A stretch of 57,164 nt of DNA, counting the filler, from Basidiobolus ranarum (Eukaryota), in assembly GCA_040143965.1 (NCBI GenBank). It is 7 parts of 7 records of this genome, joined end to end, with 100 filler letters (N's around TTAATTAATTAA, not from the genome) between each part and the next. Parts side by side here need not be neighbours in the genome. Positions count along the whole stretch, not along the records: positions 24,583 to 32,668 come from JASJQH010007899.1; positions 32,769 to 40,850 come from JASJQH010007900.1; 5 more parts are not named here. One strand, 5' to 3'. Positions 24,776 to 38,399 of this stretch are shown piece after piece; position 1 is the stretch's first letter; each line of letters begins with the position of its first letter. Under the pieces are notes generated by a model that was not told the origin of the DNA, did no database searches, and worked only from the letters and a program-made list of their open reading frames with translations. The position numbers were made by a program, and so were the translations under genes.

Positions 24776-26022
24776 AATATTCTCATTACTTTCACTGTCA
24801 TCACCATTGCTATAGTAACCAGTGAAACTAATTCTTGTATCAGAGTACCCTGGGTAAATCCAATGCTGTAAAGCAAAGACTTCTCTTGTCGTTGTGAGCA
24901 TTTTGACTTGGTGAATGTGAAGTTGATAACTGGGATTAAGGTGTGCTCTCAATATAGTTGTCAATTATTATATCTATAATATAGAAAAACCAAAATAAGA
25001 AGCAATTAGTTTTACTAAATTTATGAGAGTCATGCTGTATTCACTTGTACAACTCTGAAACATTGGGGTTTATTTTGTGAAATAAAGGATGATTATTGAA
25101 ATGGAAATTCATATCTTGATGTTTACCTTAGTTCGAATTAATGATTGCTAACCTCGTTGTAATAAGTGGAATTGCTAACTGCATCTATAGCACTTCATAT
25201 TCACAGTAAGTATTAATGCAATATACACCCTAGAAACTTTATACAACTCCATAATACTTCATTACTATAATGATGATGAGAATTCGAATCAGTGAACATA
25301 ACTACCACTTGCTCTGTTTGCTTCCTTTTCTTTTTTAGAGTTATTCAGGTATTCTGCATCTACATCTCGTTCCTTAAAAATAGCTATTTACCTGGTTTCT
25401 TTAACAAGTTGGAGCTTTGAAATATGCTCTTGGTTATGATTTAGCAAAGGACCATTTAAATAAGCAAATCAATCACTACTAAGAATACAGCACAAAAGAT
25501 TCATTTTCTCATTTCTCATTTTCTCCTAATATTGCAATCATAAATGTATGAACGCTGAATACAATCATTTGTAAAATCAGAGTCACTGCAATGTCAACTT
25601 TTTATGATACTTTTACTTTCTCTTTCAGTTAGTCTTATATAGTATAAATGTAGAGTTTGAAATTATTTGATCCTCACTCAATATTAAAGAAAATAATCTA
25701 TCTACGCACTCATATTTATGCACTTTCCTTAGTTACTGCTAACGATAAGTAGTGGGTGCCTTTCAAATCCATCATTAGGTCAAAAGTATATGAAGCTATT
25801 TGAAATTGCAAAATGTCCATCAATCGAGATCGGCGTAACCAAACCTGACAATATTTCCCACCCACGGAATCTCAATTCAAAAAATACCTTCAGTGACTTT
25901 GTTAAACGTGGTACGGGATTAGGTAATTCACTGACATAACTCAAATATGGAAAATTCCATCTAGAGTGCTGCACTGCTTGTCCAGTAGAAAAATTTCACA
26001 ACCTTCGACTCTCTACACGCAT

Positions 26023-26367
26023 TTATCAGATCAAGGAAGCCAACATTAGATGATTTGAATCGCGCATTACAACCTCCAAATGAGCCCAAGTTCCATTTCT
26101 AGCATAAAAGTAGCAACTAGCAACCATGGTTGTTAGCAATTGACATGTAAGCGATAAAAGTAAAGGTCTACTTAAAACGTACAAAAGCTGGCCGACGGGA
26201 CTGGCCAATTGGGAAAGTAGAAATAAGGATTTTTGGAAGCCATTTGTAGAATAACACAAGCAGCAAACAAATTGTGTACCACGTTCCACAAAGTACTCGC
26301 GTTTGTGTAATATCTATATCAGGATTTCTTTTTATCAGATGTTTGTTATGGAAAGAAATTATCAGAT
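26023..26367 (-). promoter_or_regulatory. Three extended GATA sites (ATCTGATAA on the minus strand) upstream of the subtilisin
   Basis: TTATCAGAT at 26023, 26332 and 26359. Confidence 0.45.
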
Positions 26368-26683
26368 TTTTTAAGGTAATTCTTGCCAATACGTAAAACA
26401 TTGCATAAATCTCGGGAATTGCTTAGAGAAAACGTAATAATCGGTGAAATATATACGAAAAGAAATCAGATGGGAATTTCCCCTTTAGATAACATGTTCC
26501 GTAACATGTATGGATTTACCGTATGTAACGTTGATTTCTTACTACATCCCCTTTCCTAATCCCTTGGACGTGGAGGAGTGGACTTTCCCAAAACTGCTGG
26601 GGGCGTATACGATGTTACGTTCGAAAACTCATATAAAGTCAGCCGAGTATTCTGTTGTTAGTCATTCAGTTCCACTTTTCATC

Positions 26684-29415
26684 ATGAAGCTTCAACAACT
26701 GTTCCTACTTTCGGCGCTAATAATGGCTAATGCCATTCAAGGAGAGAGCTTTCTCAAAAGGTCCATTGCTGAAGCTCATCATGATGCTAGTAGTGATAAC
26801 AGGAGTATTCTACCAAACACTTTTATAGTGGAATTCCACGAGTCTACCGAAGGATTGACTCCAGAGTTAGAGCATGCCAAGTTTCGTACTACCTTGGATG
26901 CCATGGGAATTTCATTCAAAGAGCGTACTTCATTTACTGATTTCATGAGTGCATTATCAATTCATGTTGATCCTAAAGATGTGGGAATACTCTCGTCTTT
27001 ACCCAATGTGAAAGCAGTGTGGCCAGTCGTAAGTAACAATCAATCTATGCTCCTGTTGTTCTTTTTTAACCTTTTTCGTGACAGGTTAATCATAAAAGAA
27101 GGGTAGCCCTGTCTAAGAATCATAACAGCGGGAAACAAAAGGGAAATAATAAGCATAAGAAGCAGCTCAAAGCTTTACCCTCCAACTTGATTTCATCTCC
27201 TCATTTATTGACTGGTGTGGATAAAGTTCATAAAATTCTCAAGAACACTGGAGCTGGTATTAGAGTTGGTATTATCGATACAGGTATCGACTACACTCAT
27301 CCTGCTTTGGGAGGATGTTTCAAGGGAAAACACTGCAGAGTTCAATATGGCTATGATTTTGTTGGTGACAGCTATGATGATTCCCCTGAAACTCTTGCCC
27401 CAGATTCTGACCCAAAAGATTGTCATGGCCATGGCACTCATGTAGCAGGAATTATTGGAGCTAATGATAAAAGTTTTGTCGGGGTTGCACCCGAGGTAAT
27501 CTTTGGAGCTTACAAGGTGTTTGGTTGCGATTCAAACTATCCTGAAGATATGCTCATTAAAGCTATCGAGATGGCAGTTAAAGACAAAATGAATGTCATC
27601 AATCTTTCCTTGGGTACTTCCTCACCATTCTCTGACGATCCTTTGACAAGAGCTTTAAACAAAGCTGTAGATAAAGGGGTGGTTGTTGCAGTGGCAGTTG
27701 GAAATAGTGGTAGTGGAGGCCTCTGGACTTCCGGGTCACCTTCTACTGCCAAAAACGTTATTAGTATCGGATCAGTGGATAATTCGAAATATCCTGGTCA
27801 AGTATTCAAAGTAAGCGGTTTAAACAAAACCGATGTCAATCGATTTGGTAAGTTGATTTATCTTGTGTCATTATATTTTTACCTTAGCTTTTCTTAATTA
27901 ATATTTCCTTTTCCAGTTGCTGGTTGGGATGGTGCAAAGCCAGTTAAACTCCGTAACGTCCCTTTCGCAGTTACTGATAGCAATCCCTGTGAACCATTTA
28001 CTGGTAAAGATTTCCGTGGAAAGCTTGTACTCCTCAATCCATATTTCCATAATTTCTGCAGCCATGGGCAGCAGGCTCTCTATGCCCAGCAAGCTGGTGC
28101 CGTGGGTGCTCTTGCTTACTATACTAACTACTATATACCCTCATCATATTTCCCTGGTCTCAAGATTCCATTGATGGGAATACATGATAGCTATGCTGAG
28201 GCCCTTAACACTTATGTCCAGGCCGGAAAAAACCTTACTATTTCTTTTGATTCTACTCCGAAACTTTATGAACTCCCTAACGGCGGCAAACTCTCCGATT
28301 TCACCTCATGGGGGCCAGATTTCCATTTGAATTTCAAACCAGATTTGGTCGCTCCAGGAGGTAATATCTATTCAACTCACCCTGTTAGTCTAGGTTCTTA
28401 CGTCCACATGGATGGTACTTCCATGGCTTCGCCATATGTGGCTGGTTCCGCTGCTTTATACCTTAAAGCTAAAGGAAAAGTACCTGCCTCTTCAGTTCTG
28501 AGTGCATTCCAAAATACCGCCAAGCCTCTCTTTGAAGGAACGAACAAAACTCTAGCGACGGTCATAAAGCAAGGGGCGGGTTTGTTGAACGTCTACGACG
28601 CGCTCACTACCAAGCTTACAATTACTCCCTCCAAGCTAGGCTTGAATGATACGGTACACCTAAAGCCAGTACAAACTTTGAAAGTGAAGAACACCGATAG
28701 AAAAGCAATCACTTTCAGAATATCTCATGATCCCGCCTTTACCGTTAATGGCTATGATAATAAGCAAAAATTGTTAACTAGATCCGGAACTACTTTCCTC
28801 AAAACATCGGCTAAAGTTAAACTTAGTAAAAGTAAGGTGACAATCCAACCAGGTCGTACTGTTACTATCACTGCACGCTTCACTCCTCCCAAGGTTAGCA
28901 AAGATGATTTCCACCTTTATAGTGGATTCATTCGCTTCACTCCCGTCGGCTCCAAGACTCAGACACTGAGAGTTCCCTACCTTGGAGCTAGTGGTGATTT
29001 CAATGCTCGGTATGTGATCAAGAGCCCCAGTGGAAATGAGCCTTTCATGTTCAGTGAGGGAACACGGGAAGAACAAAGTGTGTATACGTTCAAGGATAAG
29101 GATCAACCAATCATCTATCTTTTCCAAAATCACCCTACTGCCTTGGTAATCGGAACTCTGTTAAAGTCTGGAAAAGAAGTTGGTACCTTCGTTGAGGCTC
29201 ATAATATTCCCCGTGAGATTGGTTTCGATTACTCTTTCGTTAGATTTGATGGCACGGTGATCAAGTCGGTTCGTGGTAGTAAGAAGGAAGTTTCGGTTCC
29301 TGATGGTTCCGGGTATCGCATTAGGTTACAATTACTCCGACCATTAGGAAATCCTAAATCCAAGAAAGATTATGATGTTTGGACTTCAGAAAAGTTTCAA
29401 ATCAAGAGAAAATAG
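26684..29415 (+). CDS. Secreted S8 subtilisin-like protease (Vpr/Pr1C type: I9 propeptide, PA insert, Fn3-like C-terminus), 868 aa; exons 26684-27028, 27085-27847, 27917-29415
   Basis: Signal peptide MKLQQLFLLSALIMANA. Catalytic triad motifs IDTGID, HGTHVAG, GTSMASP. Two GTAAGT..CAG introns keep the frame. Confidence 0.95.
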
Positions 29416-29520
29416 ATTATTCTTATTTGTTAATGAGTTGTCTTCAGTCATACGTTAATTCTATTTCTCTCTCAAACTATTCCGTTCTCACTAAGAATAA
29501 ATTTTATTACCAACAATATA

Positions 29521-29568
29521 CTATACACCTCTAATTCTATACACCTCCAATTCTATACACTGTCAATT
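29521..29568 (+). repeat. Three-copy 16-bp tandem repeat
   Basis: CTATACACCTCTAATT / CTATACACCTCCAATT / CTATACACTGTCAATT. Confidence 0.8.
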
Positions 29569-29649
29569 CCATATGCTTATTTGGTATTCTACACTCTACA
29601 ATATGTCGAATGCACCAAAGTGGATATTCTGTTGATGTAGCAATCGTGT

Positions 29650-30396
29650 CTGTGGAAGATCCTCAAATATATCTTATTAATCGTGTCTGCTTGTTCGTAT
29701 TAAGCATCCTGCAGCTCTACCATTTGCTAGTGCCTGTGCCTCTTGGGAAACTTTCCATCATGGTATATGTCTTCTGAATGAAGCCACCCCTCAAACAGCC
29801 TCTAGTATGTCTACTTACTTTTGTAACTCAAGTAAGAGTTGCCCCCTCACCGGTTATAGTTGCCACTTTAATGAGTACTGTTTACCGGAGATGAGTGCGA
29901 ACTCAGTTTGTAGTAGCGCCAGTGCTAAACCTTTCGTGGCTCGTATCAGCGATACCTACACTTACTTCTGTGATATTCCCGGCACTTTCGATATACTAGT
30001 AGCAAAGATTGTGCTAACTGGGAAGATTATCACTCAGGAATTTGCATGCTGAGAAAATGTAGTCAATCTCAATCGGCCTGTATGAATGGCGACAAGGAGA
30101 TGTGCTCCATGTTGGGTATCCAATCTACTAACATCAATTGCTATGGAAATAACTCTCAAGGTAGCATCATCATGGAGAGCAAATCATCTGGTTTAAGTGG
30201 AGGTCAAATCTCTGGTATCGCTATTGGATCTATTGCTGGTATTGCACTTCTTGGTGCCGCAGTATTGTTTGGTTTCCGTCGTAGTAAGAAGAATAGGAAG
30301 GTGAATGTAGCTCCTGGTGCCCCATCCACGGACACTCTTCCCAATTATTCTTGCGGAAACATTCATGTCATAGTAGACGAGAAGGTGCATATCTAA
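29650..30396 (+). pseudogene. Disrupted Cys-rich single-pass membrane protein
   Basis: Cys repeats CASWETFHHGICL and CANWEDYHSGICM lie in different frames (shift near 29990). TM segment GIAIGSIAGIALLGAAVLFGF followed by RR. No clean start codon or signal peptide frame. Confidence 0.55.
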
Positions 30397-31139
30397 GCAT
30401 TTCTGCATGATAAGGCTAGATATTAAACACTCTTAACCGTATATTAATGGACTAAAGCATAAGATATTTAAACTTTTTGTTGTAAACCTTGATTAAAGAC
30501 AATCTCATTTAACTAGATCCCACTGTTGTTTGTTACTAGAATTGCCCCCGCCTGGTTTTTATATTTGGTTCAGTTTCTGTACATGAGTACATTGAATACT
30601 ACTAACATTTGAAGATTGAAAAGCCACAGCAGGAAACGTGAAATATCACATTGTGTGCTACACATTATTCTTGCTTCAGATTAACGTATAAATTACAAAC
30701 GTTAGACAAGTACCTGACACAAATAATACATTAATCACTTAGCCAGGAAATGTAGAAAATGTTGCCAAGATATCATATCCTGCGAAGTACATTGTGTGTT
30801 TACCAACATTATTGTAACATAAATAAACCACGAATGACGCTACTATAACACACTAATCGGTGTCGAAAGGAGTTGAGAGTATGAATACTGCTTTAAAAAA
30901 TATGCAAATACGGTCAAACTGGCTATATACCAAGTTTAGAGCCAACCACCCTTGTTGTAGCTACCTTTGAACAAGATATTAGTATATTACCGCAAAACCC
31001 TGATGGCAATATCTATCCTTCTTCATCAACAGCTCTCAAGATAACATCAGTGAAAAAAGGTCACATCATACCCATCTTCTTGCCTATAATGTTGAAAGAG
31101 AACTGGTATCTGTAATTACCACAAGCGCAGGCCCACAAG

Positions 31140-32668
31140 TTTATATAATATTGCTCAAGACTGGGAGGGATGACAAGTATTAAGAGAAATCTATATATTA
31201 GTACTTAATATATCTAAATAAAGGAATATTTAGGAGCAAGATAGGGGCAGGGTGCAACCTTTTTCTTGCCAAACAAAAAACTAACCAAAAGCTTTACTAC
31301 ATTAGAATATACACAGTATTGATACTTAAGTGGAATGATTAAGAATATGAGCAATATTGATATAATTCAGTGGTTTCTAATTATTGGCAGGTAGTACAAG
31401 ATTTTTGGTTTATTCCTTCACCAGTGATGACAATGTTTATACTCAAATCTGAAGAGACCTTAAATATAGAAGCACCTTAAGGTAAATACTTCATGGGAGC
31501 TTTCCACATGTACTAGCTAATGACAATTTACAGCTGAAAATCAAATGTGGTATTAAAATATGTTAGCCTGTAAATGCTTGGTTGCTCAGATTAGATTATA
31601 CTCTCCACTTCTCAATAATATAAGCTACATGCTGGACTGTAAGAGCTATCACTGGACTAATGTTTGCTGACAGCAATGAAGCATAAATCAAACTAGTGTT
31701 TCCATCTTCATCAGAGGCATTGGTATCAGGGATGAGATAAAGATTAGGACAACAAAATCCTTTGCATCAGGTAGGATGCTATTGAAGTTGTATAAGCTTA
31801 CAAGCTTCCAAAACCAGCACTTCTTGCAGCACAGTATTAATCATACAACCAAGATAGCTCCATTATATCTCAACCCTGACATTTATCAGTAACTCTTTAG
31901 GTGAAGAAGAGTGTAGTCAAGGAGCAAACTGGCTGTTGGTTTAATTACTTATCATCCATTGAATATATAGGCCTCCATTAGGAAGTCAATTTATACAGAG
32001 AAATGCCTAAAACTGTCCCTTTTCCAAAGCTTCTTGCCGTTATAGCACCATAGTTGATGATGGCAATACCAAGGCTTCTTCAATACCCCAGCCACCACAC
32101 CAAAAGAGTAATTTCATCAGCTCTACAACTACATATTATTGATATTCTGATTTTAATATATCAAAAATGAAAGCTGGTTTTTATATATGGCTAACAATGA
32201 GATAGCATGATACTGAAAAGAATCATCAGTATTATGCTACTGCTCTGCTCTTTTTGCTCATTTCAAAGCTATTTAACCACTCCAGTTACCTATCTTGAAA
32301 CAACTTGAATCTATGAGAGCCTCAGGGATCAAGATCAATAACATGACATGAAAAATAGCAATGATTGCCAATTTGGTGGCTGGTGAACAGTCATGCATTT
32401 TTTCACACTGGTGGAGATTTTGAGAAGTTGCACACTAGCACCAAAAATCATAAACTTGTACTTGAGCAGCCTATTATGTTAATGCCAAGTGATGATGTAG
32501 GGAAAGTCATAGTATCTCCAGCTCAAACAGAGTCAGCATTCAAAGAGGTATTTGTAAAAGCTATTGGGAAAATATGGGCTGTTTGGAGGAACTTTAGAAA
32601 AGTGGAGTTGTGAATAGGTTTGTGAGATAATTGTTTATTGTCCAGAAATAAAGCATTTATACTTTTTG
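31140..32668. mobile_element. Unclassified CpG-depleted relic, probably transposon-derived
   Basis: Near-total loss of CG as in the identified transposons, only short broken ORFs, and it runs to a contig end. No motif recognised with confidence. Confidence 0.4.
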
Positions 32669-32768
32669 NNNNNNNNNNNNNNNNNNNNNNNNNNNNNNNN
32701 NNNNNNNNNNNNTTAATTAATTAANNNNNNNNNNNNNNNNNNNNNNNNNNNNNNNNNNNNNNNNNNNN
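32669..32768. other. Artificial contig linker
   Basis: 100 nt of Ns around TTAATTAATTAA. Confidence 0.98.
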
Positions 32769-32824
32769 AGCTCAATAAATCAATAAGTGAAAACTACCAA
32801 TTCTTCTAGCTCAATACTTCAACA
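32769..32824 (+). mobile_element. LTR-A 3' fragment at contig start
   Basis: CTCAATAAATCAATAAGTGAAAACTACCAATT matches LTR-A. Ends AATACTTCAACA. Confidence 0.7.
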
Positions 32825-34059
32825 TAATCTTCACATGGATTGCTCATTATTTTGGTCCTAATTTTCGGTGAAATATAGCCCAAGTTTACTCCCTAATTTC
32901 TTCACAAAGTCAATCTCGGCTCACCAGCTTTGACATGCTACTCGTTCCTAATATTTTTTTGAATTTGTTAATACGAACGGATTGTCGTGAACAATAATAA
33001 CTCGCGTGAAATATTCAGTCACGAATTTCAGATGTCCCAACATTACTATAATGTACCATGGAAGGAGATTCACTATTGACTAGCTGTCCCCATATTTGCA
33101 CATATGGATAGTTGGAGTCGATTCAATCAAATATGACTAAACAAACTTCCTAAAGATTCACTGATCATCCACCGCCCTTTTATCTGGCAGGATTGTTCCT
33201 TGATATATTTATGGGAATTTCGTTAATTCACCCTAAATGTAACATTCAAATTCGTACAGTTTCAATTATTATCAGGAATGCGATTATATTAGCCAGATTT
33301 AACCCTAGGAACCCCTCATTTGGTCCTTCAAATCAACTCGGATAATATTTGGATACGGAAGAGCCCAGGTAAGTATTCTTGGTATGGAATATGTTTGAAC
33401 AATTATCACTTGGGCAGCCAACATACAAGCGTATATTGAAAGTAGATATGGAAACTTTACTTTAGTTTACTCAATGACTCTTTTATACCATTGATATATA
33501 TTCACTAACACTAACTACATCACAGTTCATTCCATAAAATAAGAAATGTATTCAATACTGTATGTACTAGTACTTATTGTTAGTGAGTAAGGAAGCTTTC
33601 TTTAGGTTTTCAGACCAAGTGACAAACTTTCAACTTCACTCCAGAAACTGATAAATGTATTCAATACTGTAGCCAAATAATCTTCACATAGATTTCAAGC
33701 GTGGTTTCAACTTTGTTAATTTCCACCAGCCATTACTTGGCAGGAGATGTATCAAAATGTGCTCTCTTCCTCCCCTTCTCCTCTCACCCTAAACTAAATA
33801 CATTGCTTCTTATTATCTTTCACTTATTTATAGTGTATGATTTGTTTATATAAGTAATGTTGTATATAATTGTATTACTATGTGAATATTAACTACTCAG
33901 CATGGATATGTTTTAATGATGGATGGTAAGCATTCACTGAAACATCAGGTAGAATGGGATTTCTGTGTAAACAATGAGATAAATAAGGTCTCGCACGAAG
34001 CGGGAAACAAATAAAAGGAGGTTGAGGTGAATATTGGAGAGATACCAACTACTACTTTC

Positions 34060-35527
34060 ATGAAATTGAAAATGCGTAATACATTATCGTTCACTCTTCT
34101 ATTCTTGGTATCCTCTGGTGTATTTGGATCACCTATTACCGATTTAATCGAAAAAGTAATTCGCTATGATGACAACAAATTGTTAGAGCTCACCAATACC
34201 CCTGAATTAATGAGTTTCTTGAACACAAATGAACTCGATGTATGGAGAACCACTAGAGAGATTTTACATATCAATGCCAACTCTTTGGATATGATCAAAC
34301 TAGCCCCTTTCGGATACCGTGTATTAGTCGATAACCTTCAGAATGTTATTGATAAGGAGAGACCAACTCCACAATCAACAAATTCCAAGCCAAATGTCGA
34401 TGACTCGAACTGGTTCAACGAATATCACCCCTTCGAAGATATTGTAGATTGGCTTAAAAGATTACAGCAGAATTACCCTAAATTGGTGGAATTTACACCT
34501 TCTATTGGACAAACCACTTCAGGGAAGGACATACCGGCTATCAGGATTACTGGGAGCAATGGTGGCAAAAAGAAGAAATTCTGGCTACAGGGGTAATTAT
34601 GGAGTAATGGACATGTGCCTGTGCCTGTGATATATACTAACCAATGTCCAAATGCAGGGTTCAACACGCTCGAGAGTGGATTGCTGGCTCAACTATGCAA
34701 TATGTTGCACATATCTTAGCCAGTCAGTATGCGTCCAATAGTTTGATCAAAAACATGATGGACACTACGGAGTTTATCATTGTACCAATAGCAAATCCAG
34801 ATGGTTGTCATTCTCAATGAGAAACATCGTCTTTCTCAGCTTTTACTTACCCAGTCCATATATCCTAGGGTATTCGTACACCTGGACCACGGACCGTCTG
34901 TGGCGTAAAAATCTACGCGATAATCAGGATGGGAGTTTTGGCGTGGATTTGGTAAGTTTACTAGACATGTTCACACTCTACGTTATTATCGTATTGACTG
35001 TCTGTATTTGATCTTGTAAATAGAATCGCAATTGGTCTGACCATTGGAACCGAGGTGGCTCCTCAAGCAACTCAAGCTCCAATCAATATATGGGGCCAAA
35101 TCCAGCCAGTGAACCGGAGTTCAAGTCATTGATGAAATACTTCAAAGATGCAGGCCCTTTCCATGGAGCAATTGACTTTCACAGTTATGGTGAGCTCATA
35201 ATGTATCCATATGCATGGTCGCAAACTGCACCAACGACAGCACAAAAATATCTAAACTTGGCTAAATCCATGAAGCCTAATGAAGAATATACAGCGAGTC
35301 AAAGTAGTGAGCTTTATGTTGCCTCTGGGAGTTCTGTTGATTGGTGGGATAGTCCACAAATTAAACAGGCCCAAGGAGTTGGCTGTGCCTCGTTGGTTAT
35401 AGAGTTGGAATCTCAATCACCAACACCCGGATTTATCCTTCCACCAGATAGAATTGTCCCCGTTGGTAAACAAATGATTTATTCTGTCATGAAATTTGTC
35501 GAAGGAGTATCCAATGAACCGTTTTAA
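34060..35527 (+). CDS. Secreted M14A zinc carboxypeptidase (A-like); exons 34060-34592, 34658-34803, 34869-34951, 35024-35527
   Basis: Signal peptide and propeptide. Spliced product reads QHAREW, NPDGY, WRKN, GVDLNRNW, DFHSYG and IELE. SGSSVDW suggests a hydrophobic S1' pocket. Start may be 34072. Confidence 0.93.
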
Positions 35528-35858
35528 AGTCTACAGCTTGATCTTCTGTAGACCATTTTTCTGTCATATCTGCTAACTAGACTTCAAACGTCATAAATAT
35601 ACCTGACAGACCCCCCCCCCAATTTACATGTTGTTGCAACATACTCGATACAATAAATTCAGATCAAACAAGCCAAGGATCGGTTTGTACCTTTATTCTA
35701 GTCTAAGAACGGTAGATAAATTACAATAATTGATGTGAAGGTAAAACGAAGTCAGCGAATATATATGTACCCCTTGTTGGCCAGAGCATTAGATCCCACT
35801 GACAAAATATGAATAATTGAATAGGGCGTGAGAGAAAGAAAGAAGTAAAAATAAATCA

Positions 35859-36943
35859 TTAATTCTTTTTCGATTTCTTCTTCTTTTTGGTACTCTTTTC
35901 ACCGTCTTCTTCAGAACGGCGTTTTTTGTTGACTGGGGTTTCCTCGACAGCTTGGGAAGTCTCTTCGGTAGGGACAAGGGATCCGCTTACGGTGATCATG
36001 TCGTTGGCCTTGACGAGACTAATTTGACAATGGTTAATAATTAAGTAAAAAGGATAAACGTAACTGAGAAAACTTACTCCTCAACAGTAAATTCAAGCCA
36101 TCCATCCATACCAATAGGAGTTCCGTTATGTTTCAAGACCCATTCGCCAGTGATAGGAGCTTCCTCAGACTCATCAGCCTGGGTAGTCTCTTGACGCCAC
36201 TCATATTTGGATTGTGGAATGAACTCGGCGGGAATTGAAGCATTAAAGGTATTATATAGAAGCAAACCAATATGGTCTTGTGACTGTAAATTGATAGTAC
36301 CAACTAAAGAAATATTTAGGTTAAATTTCTGATTCATCTGGATATTACTAAAGCATTATCAACATACCCAACTTGATTCCTTTTGTAGGCTTCCAAACTA
36401 GAAGATTGACCTTAATCCAAAAATGAGAATAAGGAGAATCAAACATAATTCTGCCGGTGCTTTCAAGTATCTTTAAATCAGAGTGAGCCAAAACGATACC
36501 ATCCACTTGAGGCACATATCTAGTTAGATGCCAAAAAACCATCAGCAAACTGGTCAACACTGTAAAAACTCTACAAACAAAAAAGCTCACCGCATCAAAA
36601 AACTGTTAAGTTGCTCGTTGATACCCTGCAAAGGATCGTTACAGAAACAGGGTGGAAGTGTGATAAACATTTTGATGCATGTTTCGGCAAAAGGTGAAGA
36701 ATTGGCGTCATTCCATTCAAGATCAGGATAGGGCTTGGTAATAGGAATAGCAGACTTGAAGGAAGAAATCTCTACGCTCTTGGTTGGGGTAACAGGGACC
36801 TCAAGTTGTTCAGCAACCTCAGCTTCAGCAGATACGTATTGTTCAGAAAGATCCTTGGACTTTTTGGATTTCTTCTGCTTTTTAGAAGGGGTAGCCACGG
36901 CTGGGCTATTCTCCAGTGTTACCGAATCTTTTCTTTTGGCCAT
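35859..36943 (-). CDS. RPA43: RNA polymerase I subunit A43; exons 36943-36591, 36519-36368, 36303-36078, 36018-35859
   Basis: Spliced product reads EQLNSFLMRYVPQVDGIVLAH...KPTKGIKLVGTINLQSQDHIGLLLYNTFNASIP, with a Lys-rich tail. Three GT-AG introns keep the frame. Confidence 0.92.
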
Positions 36944-38399
36944 TTCGTATTGAAGGTGCTAAACCAGCCCAAACCTCCTATCACACTAGTTTACTTTTTT
37001 TTTTTAACTTTTTTCTAACGCATTTTTTTTTACGCGTTAAAATATTTTAACTGAAAAACTGCTTATATGATTTAAAAAGTTATAAACTTGATTTGATTTC
37101 GAAATTGATTTGTTATTTTGCTCAAACTACATTGAAAAAAGCATTGATTAAATATAATGAATGTAAAATTTAGTGGTCGATGAATTAGTTTAGTCAACTA
37201 AATTTATTTGTTGTACGTAGAGGCCTTTGGATCCAACCTCGCGGAATGGATTCTTTAAAGGTATTGGATGACTAACTTGATATATATATATATATTTGTG
37301 TGTGTACCAAGTAATGACAAGAATTGAGCTCTTGTACATCCTATATTAATTTATATCTAGTAAAGGAGGAGCTTCCAACACCTCAGACTTAACTTTATCT
37401 GTGGGAATGTGCCTGAGACCTCCACACTAAAGTCAAAATTTCTACCCATTTTAATATTCAAAAAATAATGTGTGCTGATACACAGTGTTCCAATGCTCAC
37501 AGCGGAATTACCCAATTGAAACACGTGATCTTGAGCATCATGACTTGTCTTGACGGTGTTTCGTACATCATGGAATTGATTATAGTTTCAGTACACTTTT
37601 AATAAACTTTAATTATGTTGGGTATTATCATGGTATTCACCACTTTTATTAATATGGAAGAACATTTCAAGTTCGCTTCAAATTGATGTGCAATAGTTTT
37701 GTAAGAAGAGCAGGTTACATCAAGCTCTTTCCAACTTCTTATCAGGGGTTTTCCTTCAATGATTAACAAATATCTATTCTATGTTTAATCAACTTTCCTC
37801 TGATGAAAGCGTTGGTCCATTGTCACGTAGTTCACTCAATTGACAGCTTTGGAAGCGGAGTATTTTCTGCAAGAAATACATCAAAAATACAATATAATTG
37901 CTGAGTGTCAACATAAGAACTTGAATTTAAGGTTAGGCGACTACGACTAGTCGAAGTGACTAAAGTTGTTCTGGTAATATATCTTATTGAAGTTGAATAG
38001 TTGGTGACCGTTTTTATAACCTGAATAATGTATGGAGCAAAGACCTTATATTCCCTCTTACTATGTAATAGAGTCCTTGATGTGATATTGAAGGTCTTTA
38101 TTATGAACGTCGTCAAATATTATCGTTTCTTTCTCACTTTCCTAAAATATTCTCCTCGGGTACCACGAACCATACAAGCCTCCATTAAATCTCAAATCGA
38201 TAATGATTCAGAGGATGTTGGAAGCCATGTTTGTGAACAAATATTGAGCGTTAAATATGACTATTATTCAACAGCTATTATCGTTTGTATAGCGTCTTGG
38301 TGAATAATTTGATCTAACATCGAGGAAGCAACGCCTGAAGAGTTGTACGACATCACTGCATTTTTATTCAAAAAGGGGTTCGTTGATTTAAGCGAGATG

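Noticed and set aside
33544-33694. 19-bp direct repeat AAATGTATTCAATACTGTA (33544, 33653)
   Set aside because: Only two copies in AT-rich DNA. Not CRISPR-like, and no element is evident.
12287-35527. Apparent nitrogen/protein-scavenging cluster (ammonium transporter, arrestin, subtilisin, carboxypeptidase)
   Set aside because: The four genes sit on four different contigs joined only by artificial linkers.
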